DNA of 64,000 nt from Limisphaerales bacterium. Lineage in GTDB: Bacteria > Verrucomicrobiota > Verrucomicrobiia > Limisphaerales > BOG-1460. The stretch spans positions 14,899 to 78,898 of the forward strand of contig PLQC01000076.1 of NCBI GenBank assembly GCA_003159675.1, in the 5' to 3' direction. The position numbers and the translations under genes are program-made. A model generated the notes under the pieces. That model did not search any database. It was not told where the DNA came from and saw only the letters and a list, made by a program, of their open reading frames with translations. Positions within the stretch are counted from its first letter, which is position 1, and each line of letters starts with the position of its first letter. Below are positions 54,893 through 64,000 of the stretch, piece by piece.

Positions 54893-55630
54893 TCAGAACC
54901 CTCGCGCCCCGCGGCATGCGGACGCCAGCGAATCCAGCACGATCGGGTCATTGGGGTATAATGCCATGGCGTGGCCGACACCCGCCCGGAGACCACGCAG
55001 GCGCGCCCGTGCGAGTTGCAGCTCGACGTAACGCCGGGCGGAGGCCTGGGAAGCGTGCGCTTCCATCGCGGCCGTCCACGCCGCCACGATCTCCGGCGCC
55101 GAAACGTCCAGGATCACCGGGGTGATGTCGGTGGGCTCGGCTTCAGGCGTCACCGCGTAGTAGTACAACTGTCCGATCGCGTGCGGAGGCGAATCGCGCA
55201 GTTCCGCCACGCCGCCATAGCGGGCGAGCCGGGCCGCGTCCCGGACGATCCGGCCGAGCCGGGCGTGGTCGGGATGCTGGTTCTCAACCAGGCTCGGCGC
55301 CAGCACCATTGCCGGCCGCGTCCGCCTGAGAATGCCCGCCAATTTGATGGCGTGCGCGGCGCGGACCTCGAGATGCGCATCTCCGTCCAGCTCGACGAAC
55401 TCGATCGTGGCCCCGAGGAGCGCGGCGGACGCTTCCGCCTCGGCGACACGCTGGTCGGGGGCGCCGTGGCTTGCGGCTTCACCCCGGGAACAAACCACAA
55501 AGCGAGCCGGCCGGCCGGCGCGGGTCTCGCGGGCAACAACGCCGCCGCAGCCGAATTCAATGTCGTCCGGATGTGCGCCGAAGGCCAGCAACGGCGCCGG
55601 CTCAGGCGGGGAGTTCGGTCCAGGCTTCAT
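54893..55630 (-). CDS. bshB1: PIG-L/LmbE-family deacetylase, BshB1-like
   Basis: ATG at 55630. LLAFGAHPDDIEFGCGGVVA (AHPDD motif), HPDH, about 245 aa. Lies between the BshC-like gene and bshA. Confidence 0.65.
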   Translation of the reverse strand: MKPGPNSPPEPAPLLAFGAHPDDIEFGCGGVVARETRAGRPARFVVCSRGEAASHGAPDQRVAEAEASAALLGATIEFVELDGDAHLEVRAAHAIKLAGILRRTRPAMVLAPSLVENQHPDHARLGRIVRDAARLARYGGVAELRDSPPHAIGQLYYYAVTPEAEPTDITPVILDVSAPEIVAAWTAAMEAHASQASARRYVELQLARARLRGLRAGVGHAMALYPNDPIVLDSLASACRGARGF

Positions 55631-56378
55631 CGGAGCGGTCGATGGTGTCACGATTGACAAATCGGATCTCGGATTCTTCGTCGCGGCGAAGGTAGGCCTG
55701 TTCGCCGGCGCCGGCAACATAATGCGTGCATCGAAGGACAGATTGCATCCAGCGAAACCGGGTGTCGCGCGTCGGGCTCACCTGCTCTTTCGCAAACGCC
55801 GCCGACGGCAGGGTCACAAAGGAATCCCCGCCTTCATGGAGCTTCAGGGCGCCGTCCGCGAACCGGGCCCGCACGGTCTCGCCTTCGTACGGAACGTCAA
55901 CGAAAAATTCCGCCACCTCGCACGCCGCTCGCCGGAAGGAGGGATCGCTCGACCGTTCGACGCGGATGTTCTCGAGCAACCCCAGGCGGCGGTACATATC
56001 CAGGCAGAAGTCGGCCGCGTTGCCACCGGCGGCTTCCTTGAAAATGCGGATCAGGGGGTGATCGACATAATTGGGCAATTGAAGCGCGGTTTTCACCTGC
56101 CAGTCCGGGGGTATGCGCTTGAGGTAAAGGGGAGAAAACTTTCGCTGCAGTCTGTTCTCGAAGGCGAAGTTGAGCTGGGCGGGCTGGCCCGTCTTGCGAT
56201 GGCGCAGGAGGGTTTTCGTCTCCCGCGGGTCGTGGTCGCTGTCGTGGTAGAAGAAGACGATTTGGCCGCCGATCTCGGCCTGCAACCGGCGGGCGGTCCG
56301 GATTTTGGCGACGAGAAAGCGGCGCGGGAAAAACCCGCAGGGCTGTTGGCCGAAGCAGATGACGGGCGCCGGGGTCAT
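55602..56378 (-). CDS. Short BshC-like protein (258 aa; putative cysteine-adding enzyme homolog)
   Basis: VICFGQQPCGFFPRRFLVAKIRTARRLQAEIGGQIVFFYHDSDHDPRE resembles the BshC core GGQQxGLxxGPLYxxxKxxxxIxLA...VPxFWxAxEDHDxxE. ATG overlaps the symporter TGA (ATGA at 56375-56378). Confidence 0.45.
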   Translation of the reverse strand: MTPAPVICFGQQPCGFFPRRFLVAKIRTARRLQAEIGGQIVFFYHDSDHDPRETKTLLRHRKTGQPAQLNFAFENRLQRKFSPLYLKRIPPDWQVKTALQLPNYVDHPLIRIFKEAAGGNAADFCLDMYRRLGLLENIRVERSSDPSFRRAACEVAEFFVDVPYEGETVRARFADGALKLHEGGDSFVTLPSAAFAKEQVSPTRDTRFRWMQSVLRCTHYVAGAGEQAYLRRDEESEIRFVNRDTIDRSDEAWTELPA

Positions 56379-58084
56379 GGGGTGGACGGAGACGGCGCCG
56401 GCGGGTTGCCGGGGCCGAGCACGACCTGGAACAGGAGGCTCAGGAGAACGCAGGCGGCGCAGCCGATGAGGTTGTACCAGAGATAACTGATGTTCAGCGA
56501 AAAATAGAGGGCAATGACCATCGCCTGGGATGCGAGCGCCGCCCAGAAAATAGCGGTGCCGCCGACCCGCTTCACGAAAAAGGCGATCAGGAACAGGGCG
56601 AGCACCACGCCGTAGAAGATGGACCCCACGATGTTCACCGCCTGGATCAGGTTTTCAGCCAGATTCGCGAACAGGGCAAAGGCAAGTGCGACCATGCCCC
56701 ACAGGAACGTGAACCACTTCGACGCGGTGACATAATGCGCGTCGTCCGCCTCGCGCCGGATCAGGTGGCGGTAGAAATCGATGGTGGTCGTCGAGCCGAG
56801 CGCGTTCAACTCCGCGGCTTTCGACGACAGCGCGGCGGCGAAGAATGCGGCGACCAGGAGTCCGATGATCCCATGCGGCAGGTGGTCCAGCACAAACGTG
56901 ATGAATACGTAGTCGGCATCGTTGCCTTTCGTCCCCGGGCTGGCGGCCAGCACCGCGGCTTTTGCCTCCGTCCGAACCGCTTCGCTGTGTTCCAGGGCGG
57001 CCTGCGCCCCGGCTCGCGCGTCGGCCTCGGCCTTGCGGTCTCCGGCGTGCCTGGCGTCGAGCCAGGCGCGGATCAGGCGCGCCTTTTGCCCGTGGATGGC
57101 GGAGGACTCCCGTTCGAGGGAACGGAGCTTGCCGTCGGGGTCGTGTTTCACCGCGTAGTTCCAGGCAGCCTGGTTGAAAAAGACGGGTGGCTGTTCGAAC
57201 TGGTAGAAGACGAAGACCAGCACCCCGAGCAGCAGGATGAAGAACTGCATCGGAATCTTGAGCATGGCGTTGAACATGAGTCCCAGCCGGCTCGCGCGCA
57301 AGGAGCTGCCCGAAAGATAGCGCTGCACCTGGGATTGATCAGTGCCGAAGTACGACAGCGAGAGGAAAAAGCCGCCGAGCAGGCCGGACCACAAGGTATA
57401 GCGGCGGTTGACATCGAAGGAAAAGCTCACCGCCTCCAGCTTCTTCAAGCCGCCCGCCACGGTCAGGGCATCGCTCAGGTTCGCGGGAAGTTTGGCCAGG
57501 AGGATGATGAAGGCGGTGGCCATCCCTCCGGAGATGATCGCCATCTGGTATTTTTGCGTGAGGCTCACCGCCTCGCTGCCGCCGGCGACGGTGTAAAGGA
57601 TCACCAGGAACCCGCTCACGAGGATGGTGAGGTCCAGGCGCCAGCCGAGCATGCTGGAGAGGATGATGGCGGGCGCGTAGATCGTGATGCCCGCCGCCAG
57701 GCCCCGCTGCAGGAGGAACAACCCCGCGCCCAGCAAACGTGTCTTGGCATCAAAACGACGGCCGAGAAACTCATAAGCCGTGTACACGTCCAGCCGCCGA
57801 TACACCGGCAGAAACACCGCGGCGATCACGATCAGCGCCAGTGGCATTCCGAAGTAATTCTGCACAAAGTCCAGCCCGCTCTCATAACCCTGGCCCGGAG
57901 TGGAGATGAACGTGATCGCGCTCGCCTGGGTGGCCATGACGGAGATGCCGATGGTCGCCCAGCCCATGGTCGGTTCACCCTTGATGTAATCGCTCAATTT
58001 CCGCGAGCCGCGCGTGCGCCAGATGCCATAGGCGGCGATCCCGACCATGGTGCCGATGAGGATAACGAAATCGAGCGGGCTCAT
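56375..58084 (-). CDS. Sodium:solute symporter (SSS) family transporter
   Basis: ATG at 58084 (MSPLDFVILIGTMVGIAAYGIW). GWATIGISVMATQASAITFISTPGQGY. About 13 TM helices with a roughly 80-aa charged helical insert. Confidence 0.8.
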   Translation of the reverse strand: MSPLDFVILIGTMVGIAAYGIWRTRGSRKLSDYIKGEPTMGWATIGISVMATQASAITFISTPGQGYESGLDFVQNYFGMPLALIVIAAVFLPVYRRLDVYTAYEFLGRRFDAKTRLLGAGLFLLQRGLAAGITIYAPAIILSSMLGWRLDLTILVSGFLVILYTVAGGSEAVSLTQKYQMAIISGGMATAFIILLAKLPANLSDALTVAGGLKKLEAVSFSFDVNRRYTLWSGLLGGFFLSLSYFGTDQSQVQRYLSGSSLRASRLGLMFNAMLKIPMQFFILLLGVLVFVFYQFEQPPVFFNQAAWNYAVKHDPDGKLRSLERESSAIHGQKARLIRAWLDARHAGDRKAEADARAGAQAALEHSEAVRTEAKAAVLAASPGTKGNDADYVFITFVLDHLPHGIIGLLVAAFFAAALSSKAAELNALGSTTTIDFYRHLIRREADDAHYVTASKWFTFLWGMVALAFALFANLAENLIQAVNIVGSIFYGVVLALFLIAFFVKRVGGTAIFWAALASQAMVIALYFSLNISYLWYNLIGCAACVLLSLLFQVVLGPGNPPAPSPSTP

Positions 58085-58247
58085 GAAAAGAGGACGGTCA
58101 GGGCCACCAGCAGACCAACCCAAATGAGGAACCAGCCGGCCACAAACAGGTAAACTCGCTTCCAGGAGTGGAGCAAGGGCAACCCGGTTGCCTCGTCGTC
58201 GCTTTGGGGCGCGGCAGGATCACGGGCAGCCTGATCCCGGAGAGGGT

Positions 58248-60776
58248 TCATCTGCCCAGCGACACAAGATTGGCGAACAGCCGATAAGCGCCGGGCACGC
58301 CCGCCGGGAGCTGCCGAAACCAGGCAAGGCTCGTATAAACGAAGTAGCCTTTGCCGCAGCGGGCGACGAGCAAGCCGCCCCTGAGCGGAGCCTCGCCTGG
58401 ATCACTGCACGCAATCAGGGGAATGAAGTGGTCATCCCAACGGTCCGGGAAATAAAGCCCGCGCTCCTGCACCCAGCCATCGAAATCGGCGCTCGTGATT
58501 TTGTTGGGTATCGTCAGCGCCGGATGATCCGGGGCGAGGAACGTCACCGGCGCGGTTTCATCGGTCACCCGTTGCTGGGACAGCCTCAGGTCGAACGGCG
58601 CGAGCTGGTTCGTCTGCAGCCCGTTCGGGTTGTTGTATTGGACGATGACCGTGCCACCCGCCCGGGCATAGACGAAAAGTTCGGGCAAGTGCGGGGCCAG
58701 ATCCTTGTGGACGTTGAAAGCGCGGATGCCGATCACGACGGCATCCAAACCGTGCAACCGCTCGGGCGTGAGGTCCGCGCCGTTGAGCGGAAGGACCGAA
58801 TACCCCATCTCTTCCAGACTTTCGGCCACACGATCGCCGGCGCCCGCCACATAGCCCACTCGATGGCCGCGAATCGCCAGGTCGAGACAAACGGCCTTGA
58901 GGCGTGCCTGCGGCTGGAGCAGCAACGGAGGGATGTGACTGTAGCGAATCTCAACGCGTTCGCTGCCGTAAGTCACTCCATTGACTTCCGCCCGAGCGGC
59001 AATGGCAGCTTCTCCGGGCTGACGCGGGGCCGTCACCGTGAACTCATACCCCTTCCGCTCGCCGGCTGACGTGAAACGGAATGACTGCCGGGCGGGTTTG
59101 ACTTTCCAGCCGATGGGAACGTCCAATTGCAATGTTCCGGCGACGCCGTCGCGCCAGGCGGCGACTTCGAGTTCGACCCGGCGGGACGAGCGAGGCGCGA
59201 AAAGCCTGACGTCCGATGCGAATTTGAGTGAAACAGGGGCGATGACGTCCAGTCTTCGGCGCAGTTCGCCCTCTGCGGGATCGGTCGAAATCTGCACGGG
59301 CTCGCCCGGAACAACCAAGGTCTGGCCGCCCACGTCAAAGACGCATTCGACGGGGAACGCAACCCGGTTCTCCGGCTGTCCGATGAGCGAAGCGTCCTCC
59401 ACCCGGAACATGCCCGTGGAATGCTCCTCCCGGAGCCAGTAAGGCTGGGTCAACGGCGTCTCTGCGGGCAATGTTTCCATCGCATCGCGTGTCGCCTCCT
59501 TGCCCGGCTGCAAATCGATCTCTTCGCGAACTTCACGCCCGATGGACGGGTAACGCACCCCCACCCAGCGGACGGGAACGCCCGATCGGACGATGGCGGT
59601 CTCGCGCAGTTTCAATGTCTCGCCCGACACCGCCTCGGCGCGAGGAACGACGGTTTCCACGGAAAGTCCGAGGCAGTCTTGCAGTATCCGATCCAATTGC
59701 GCGCGCTTTTCCTCCACCACCGGGTCAGCGGGGATGCCGGCCAGGCGGGTTCGCATTTCCAGCAGCGCGGGCACGCTGGCGGCAGGATCTTGCGGGTTGA
59801 ACTGTGAAATGATTTCTCCTGTCAGTCGCCCGATCTCTTTTCCGCCAGGCACGCGGCCCCAGGTTGTGTCCACACCGTCGAGAATGTCCCCGCTCGCGGG
59901 TTCGCCATCGAGGAGCCGGAAGGATTCCGTCCGTGCCCCTCCGCCGGCGAACCCCCTGAAGTTTCCAAACCCCTGTGTTTTGTGCATGGATCGGCTGTGC
60001 GCGGCAATCTCTCCGAACGACTCTCCGGTCAAAGGATCGCTGCCACCAATGTCGATCCGCAGAAGATTGGTGTCAGGGCCCCCACCGCGCTGAAATCCTC
60101 CGATGTTCCAGAGGATGCGTTTGGGTTGCCAGGGGGTCAATTCATGGAGCTGCTCGGGAAATGCCCTGGGATCGCCGGCGATTTTGAACGCCTCGAGGGC
60201 TAGGACGGTGGAGGCCGTGTGATGGCCGTGCGTGCCGCCCGGTTCGGGGGAGAAGCGGGTGACAATCACGTCGGGCCGGAACAGGCGGATGACACGCACG
60301 ATATCGGACAGCACCTGCTGGCGGTCCCAAATCCTGAGGGTCTCGCGGTAATCCTTGGAAAAACCAAAATCGACGGCGCGGCTGAAAAACTGTCGTCCGC
60401 CGTCGATCCGCCGCGCGGCGAGCAATTCCTGTGTGCGGATGACCCCCAATTCTTCGCCGAACTCGGGACCGAGCACATTTTGGCCCCCATCGCCTCGCGT
60501 AAGAGAGAGATAGGCGGTGCGATAATGCCGGCCCCGCGCCAGATAGGCGATCAACTGGGTGTTTTCATCGTCCGGATGGGCCGCAATATAAAGCACACTT
60601 CCCATCTCCTGAAAACTCCGCAGTTCCTCGAGAATTGCCGGCGGGGAGACCGGCTCGGACACGGCGGCGTTGGGGATGGCGGCGATTGCCAAGGCGCAGG
60701 TGAGACAGGGAAACAGGCGTCGGAGCCCGCGCGAAACGAACGAGCGGTGGCAAATCGAGGCAGGCGGCGGCGTCAC
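58248..60776 (-). CDS. Large secreted PIG-L/LmbE-family deacetylase-domain protein
   Basis: In-frame GTG at 60776 overlaps the TGA of the upstream gene (GTGA) and yields a signal peptide (RGLRRLFPCLTCALAIAAIPNAAV). VLYIAAHPDDENTQLIAYL...LTRGDGGQN LmbE motifs. About 840 aa. Confidence 0.7.
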   Translation of the reverse strand: MTPPPASICHRSFVSRGLRRLFPCLTCALAIAAIPNAAVSEPVSPPAILEELRSFQEMGSVLYIAAHPDDENTQLIAYLARGRHYRTAYLSLTRGDGGQNVLGPEFGEELGVIRTQELLAARRIDGGRQFFSRAVDFGFSKDYRETLRIWDRQQVLSDIVRVIRLFRPDVIVTRFSPEPGGTHGHHTASTVLALEAFKIAGDPRAFPEQLHELTPWQPKRILWNIGGFQRGGGPDTNLLRIDIGGSDPLTGESFGEIAAHSRSMHKTQGFGNFRGFAGGGARTESFRLLDGEPASGDILDGVDTTWGRVPGGKEIGRLTGEIISQFNPQDPAASVPALLEMRTRLAGIPADPVVEEKRAQLDRILQDCLGLSVETVVPRAEAVSGETLKLRETAIVRSGVPVRWVGVRYPSIGREVREEIDLQPGKEATRDAMETLPAETPLTQPYWLREEHSTGMFRVEDASLIGQPENRVAFPVECVFDVGGQTLVVPGEPVQISTDPAEGELRRRLDVIAPVSLKFASDVRLFAPRSSRRVELEVAAWRDGVAGTLQLDVPIGWKVKPARQSFRFTSAGERKGYEFTVTAPRQPGEAAIAARAEVNGVTYGSERVEIRYSHIPPLLLQPQARLKAVCLDLAIRGHRVGYVAGAGDRVAESLEEMGYSVLPLNGADLTPERLHGLDAVVIGIRAFNVHKDLAPHLPELFVYARAGGTVIVQYNNPNGLQTNQLAPFDLRLSQQRVTDETAPVTFLAPDHPALTIPNKITSADFDGWVQERGLYFPDRWDDHFIPLIACSDPGEAPLRGGLLVARCGKGYFVYTSLAWFRQLPAGVPGAYRLFANLVSLGR

Positions 60777-61636
60777 TGCAGGGTGGCGATGAGGTCGTCG
60801 TTCATCTTCACGTAGCCGCTCTTCGGCCCTTCGGCTTTGACGGCCAATTCGGAGGAGCGCTTCGCCGCTGCAATCGCGCCTGCCTTGTCGCCCAATTTCG
60901 CGAGGATTTCGGCTTTGAGATGGACGATGTAATAGGTCTCGCGTTGGGCGATGGCGGCATCGATCCACTGGCTGGCCTTGTGCAGGTCCTGCCCGTGGTC
61001 ATAGTAAAACATGGCCGCCTGATAATACGGCTTTTTGTCCCCGGGCGCCGCCATCGCCGCCTCGATTTGCGGCAAGAGCCGGCTTGTCAGATCGACTTCG
61101 AACTTGACGGGAACAACAGTATGTTCCCAGATTAGATCGAGCAGGGCCGAATCATCGCGGATGTCATTGAACTCGATCGTGAATGTTTCGACGTGCTCGG
61201 CGAGTTTCACCGGAGCGGCCTTGAACCGCACCAGATCGGCTTTCGGATCGTACTGAAACGCCCCGAATTGCGATGCATTCTTGTTTAGAATGACGGTCCA
61301 CTCATTCTCGCCTGGAATCGTAAAGAGAGCATACTTGCCGGCGGGAACATCGGCCCCGTTGAGCCTGACCGGGGTGCTGAAGGTGATCGTGGTGGCCTGG
61401 TTCGCTCCCGTGCGCCACACTTCCCCATAAGAAACCAAACCGCCGAAGATCTGTCGTCCCTTCGCCCCGGGGCGGAAATAAACGATTTCGATATCGGTCA
61501 GGCCGATCCGTTGCTTGAGTGTGCAGGCCGGGCTGGGCGCCGGGAACTCGAGTTGCGCCGTTTGCGCAAACACTCCGGACCCGACAACCAACCCGGATAC
61601 CACAGCCAGAGAGTATCGGACTATCGCGCGTTTCAT
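60773..61636 (-). CDS. DUF2911 domain protein with a C-terminal TPR-like helical extension
   Basis: MKRAIVRYSLAVVSGLVVGSGVFA signal. GEVWRTGANQATTITFSTPVRLNGADVPAGKYALFTIPGENEWTVILNK. Confidence 0.7.
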   Translation of the reverse strand: MKRAIVRYSLAVVSGLVVGSGVFAQTAQLEFPAPSPACTLKQRIGLTDIEIVYFRPGAKGRQIFGGLVSYGEVWRTGANQATTITFSTPVRLNGADVPAGKYALFTIPGENEWTVILNKNASQFGAFQYDPKADLVRFKAAPVKLAEHVETFTIEFNDIRDDSALLDLIWEHTVVPVKFEVDLTSRLLPQIEAAMAAPGDKKPYYQAAMFYYDHGQDLHKASQWIDAAIAQRETYYIVHLKAEILAKLGDKAGAIAAAKRSSELAVKAEGPKSGYVKMNDDLIATLQ

Positions 61637-61652
61637 GGGGGGCAATGGGTGG

Positions 61653-62201
61653 TTATTTGAGCGACAGTTTCACCGGGACCCGAGTCTTCTCCCAAACCAG
61701 GTCGAGAGTCGCCGAGTCATCCCGGAGGTCGTTGATATCGATCGTGAACGTTTCGACGGAGTCCGCGAGTGTCACCGGTGTCGCCTTCACCCGCAGCAGA
61801 TCGGCCTTTTCATCATAGTGAAAGGCCCCCCATTGCGAGGGGGTCTTGTTCAGGATGACGGTCCACTCGTCCTTGCCGGGAATGGTAAATAGTCCGTAGG
61901 TGCCGGCGGGGACATCGGCGCCATTGAACTTGACAGCGGTGCTGAACGTGATGCGGGTGGCTTCATTGGCGCCCGTGCGCCATACCTTGTCATAGGGAAC
62001 AAGCCCGCCGAAGATCGTCCGGCCTTTGACGCCGGGCCGGGAATAAACGATCTCGATGTCCGTGAGGCCGACACGCTGCTTCAATGTGCAGGCCGGGCTG
62101 GGGGCGGGAGCTTGGGCTCTTGGTGTCTGCGCCAACAGACCCGTGGTACAGAGCAAACCTGCGGTGAATACCAGAGATGAGTGGAGTGCTTTCGTGTTCA
62201 T
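61653..62201 (-). CDS. DUF2911 domain protein (tandem paralog)
   Basis: 182 aa with a signal peptide. DKVWRTGANEATRITFSTAVKFNGADVPAGTYGLFTIPGKDEWTVILNK. Confidence 0.7.
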   Translation of the reverse strand: MNTKALHSSLVFTAGLLCTTGLLAQTPRAQAPAPSPACTLKQRVGLTDIEIVYSRPGVKGRTIFGGLVPYDKVWRTGANEATRITFSTAVKFNGADVPAGTYGLFTIPGKDEWTVILNKTPSQWGAFHYDEKADLLRVKATPVTLADSVETFTIDINDLRDDSATLDLVWEKTRVPVKLSLK

Positions 62202-62544
62202 AAGTTTCAGAACTTAGAATAACCCGGTCAAAATGAAAGAGGAAAAACGAGGCGGCGGCCCGGGCGGCGGCCCTTTTCATCGACACCCCGTTTCGCGCCA
62301 AAAGAGTTCTGCACCCAGTTGCCGTTACTCGACCGTCCTCAGGACCATTGTCAATAGTACGGACTGCCGAATCTCGCGGAGTCCGGAGGATACTAGATAA
62401 CAATTGAGTACACAGGAGCTTATGCTCCGAGCAGTCGGGCGGTTTCGTGGACAGGGCATGGCTGGAGGGCGGCAACACTGAATTAAAGGCTTGCAATCTG
62501 CCGCCTTACCGCTTGTAATTTCGATCGAGAAGATTCAGGAAATC

Positions 62545-63222
62545 ATGAAGAAAACAACGGGCGGCCCTAAAAGTATTCGTGTCTTCCTGGTGGACGATCA
62601 CCCTCTCGTCCGCCAGGCTCTTAAGCTCGCCATGCGGCATGAACAGGACTTGGAAGTCTGTGGAGAAGCCGATGATAGAGAAGAAGCTTTGAGGGGGATT
62701 GCTTTGGCTGAACCGGATCTGGCGATTGTGGATTTAAGGTTGAGAGACTCGGATGGGCTTGAGTTGGTTCGAGATCTCCGGGACCGTCATCCTAAAGTCA
62801 TCAGCCTGGTGCTTTCGATGCAGGACGAAACTCTGACTGCGGAACGGGCGGTTCGGGCGGGTGCCCGCGGCTATATTTCCAAACGGGAAGCCCCCAGCAA
62901 AATCATTGAGGCGGTCCGCAAAGTTCTCGGCGGCGAGATTTATTGGAGCGAAAAGGCGGCAGCACAGGTTGCGTCCAAGATCGCTTCTCCGTCCCGCCCC
63001 GCCAACAGCTCGGCGGTTGAATACCTCTCCGAACGCGAGTTGCAGGTTTTCGAGCAGATTGGCCTGGGGCGCAGCACGAACGAGATTGCCGAGTCACTGC
63101 ACATCGATGTCAGCACGGTGGAAACGTATCGGGCGCGGATCAAAGAGAAATTGAATCTCAAGGGCGGCTCCGAGTTGCTCCAAACCGCCATTCGCTGGTG
63201 CCTGGCAAGAGCTTACCATTGA
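62545..63222 (+). CDS. NarL/FixJ-family response regulator (REC domain plus LuxR-type HTH)
   Basis: IRVFLVDDHPLVRQAL, phospho-acceptor context LAIVDLRL. LSERELQVFEQIGLGRSTNEIAESLHIDVSTVETYRARIKEKL. Confidence 0.85.
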   Translation: MKKTTGGPKSIRVFLVDDHPLVRQALKLAMRHEQDLEVCGEADDREEALRGIALAEPDLAIVDLRLRDSDGLELVRDLRDRHPKVISLVLSMQDETLTAERAVRAGARGYISKREAPSKIIEAVRKVLGGEIYWSEKAAAQVASKIASPSRPANSSAVEYLSERELQVFEQIGLGRSTNEIAESLHIDVSTVETYRARIKEKLNLKGGSELLQTAIRWCLARAYH

Positions 63223-63302
63223 TTTTCCGCTTTCCTCGGGGGCCTTTCCCATCCAAACTCTCATTGGGAGACAGTCGGGGAACGGGTCGGAAGGATTGAG
63301 AG

Positions 63303-63968
63303 ATGATGAGTTTTTTTAACATAGCGTGGAAGGCATTTTTGATCGTACGCGCCGGGATCATGCGATGGCCGGTGCTGGCGGTCGCGTTGATCGGGTTGTC
63401 TGGAATCATTGGCTGCACGACGCCGAGTTACCAGGATCCCTCCATGGGTGGTGCAACGCAGAAGCCGGAACCCGTTCTTCTCCGCGAAGGCGACGTTGTG
63501 GCGATAACCTTTCCGGGCGCACCCAACTTGAACGGGCCGCCGCAGCAAATCCGGCGCGACGGCAAGATCACGCTCCCCTCGATTGGTGAGGTCACTGCAG
63601 CCGGAAAGACGGTGGAACGACTGCAACAGACCCTCATCACGCTGTACTCCGGGCAACTGGTGATGAAGGAAATCAACGTCACCGTGGAATCCTCGATTTT
63701 CTCGGTTTACGTGACAGGAGCGGTGCTGAAACCTGGAAGAATCGATGCGAATCGACCCATCACGGCCCTGGAAGCCATCATGGAGGCGGGTGGATTCGAC
63801 TACAACAGATCCAATATGAAGGAAGTCACCGTCACCCGGACCACCAAGGGACATGTGGAGCATTTCAGCCTGAACCTGAAACGCGTGCTGGAAGGCAAGG
63901 ACTCGGGAACCTTTTACTTGAAACCCTCCGATATTGTCTTCGTTCCGGAGCGGTTCACCTGGTTCTGA
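63303..63968 (+). CDS. Polysaccharide export protein (Wza-like Poly_export plus SLBB), probable lipoprotein
   Basis: Lipobox-like LSGIIGC. LREGDVVAITFPG...IRRDGKITLPSIGEVTAAGKTVERLQ. VYVTGAVLKPGRIDANRPITALEAIMEAGG. Confidence 0.75.
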   Translation: MMSFFNIAWKAFLIVRAGIMRWPVLAVALIGLSGIIGCTTPSYQDPSMGGATQKPEPVLLREGDVVAITFPGAPNLNGPPQQIRRDGKITLPSIGEVTAAGKTVERLQQTLITLYSGQLVMKEINVTVESSIFSVYVTGAVLKPGRIDANRPITALEAIMEAGGFDYNRSNMKEVTVTRTTKGHVEHFSLNLKRVLEGKDSGTFYLKPSDIVFVPERFTWF

Positions 63969-64000
63969 CCCGCCGGCGACGATGCCGCTGGCAGCCAGGA

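Noticed and set aside
1-64000. Defence systems, prophage, integrative element, toxin-antitoxin pairs, rRNA/tRNA genes
   Set aside because: No nuclease, ATPase, integrase, capsid or terminase-like motifs were seen, and no att-like flanking repeats or structured RNA genes were recognised by eye. The only mobile-element trace is the transposase remnant at 38260-38562.

Overview
GC-rich (roughly 60% by eye), gene-dense bacterial chromosomal segment. PEP-CTERM proteins, beta-sandwich modules ending in FYRV, DUF2911 and large PIG-L proteins suggest a Verrucomicrobiota/PVC-like organism (inference only). I recognised no rRNA, tRNA or CRISPR array. All family calls come from reading motifs in the supplied translations; no database search was possible. 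Positions 35-24700, almost all on the minus strand, form a ~25-kb respiratory, putatively extracellular-electron-transfer (EET) island. It holds 10 c-type cytochrome genes; my hand count is 61 CXXCH motifs plus one CX3CH and one CX4CH. The island contains an mtrCAB-like operon (9-heme, 8-heme, 710-aa beta-barrel), another secreted 9-heme cytochrome, hemA, and two CbcL-like genes (multiheme c domain fused to a b-type membrane domain). It also contains an ImcH-like 7-heme membrane cytochrome translationally coupled to one CbcL-like gene, two paralogous monoheme cytochromes c, and a tandemly duplicated module of tetraheme cytochrome, 4-cluster ferredoxin and NrfD. The most unusual gene is the second NrfD subunit (18245-19990), which has a complete cyclic-nucleotide-binding domain inserted in a cytoplasmic loop. 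A second oddity is a pair of heptanucleotide tandem arrays inside the signal-peptide codons of the 11-heme CbcL-like gene. The remaining ~39 kb is mixed envelope and housekeeping content. It includes an AP-superfamily/TPR/sulfotransferase fusion, two PEP-CTERM paralogs flanking a DUF2339/DUF3999 pair, and a TPR membrane protein. It also includes an ISAs1-like transposase remnant next to a disrupted carbamoyltransferase cassette (DUF5989, carbamoyltransferase, SxtJ-like) and a ~1-kb low-GC island. Further genes are two radical SAM proteins, a two-subunit class I fumarate hydratase, a DCC/LMF fusion and a bacillithiol-type operon (Na+/solute symporter, short BshC-like, BshB1, BshA). The window ends with a large PIG-L protein, tandem DUF2911 genes, a NarL-type response regulator and a Wza-like exporter.
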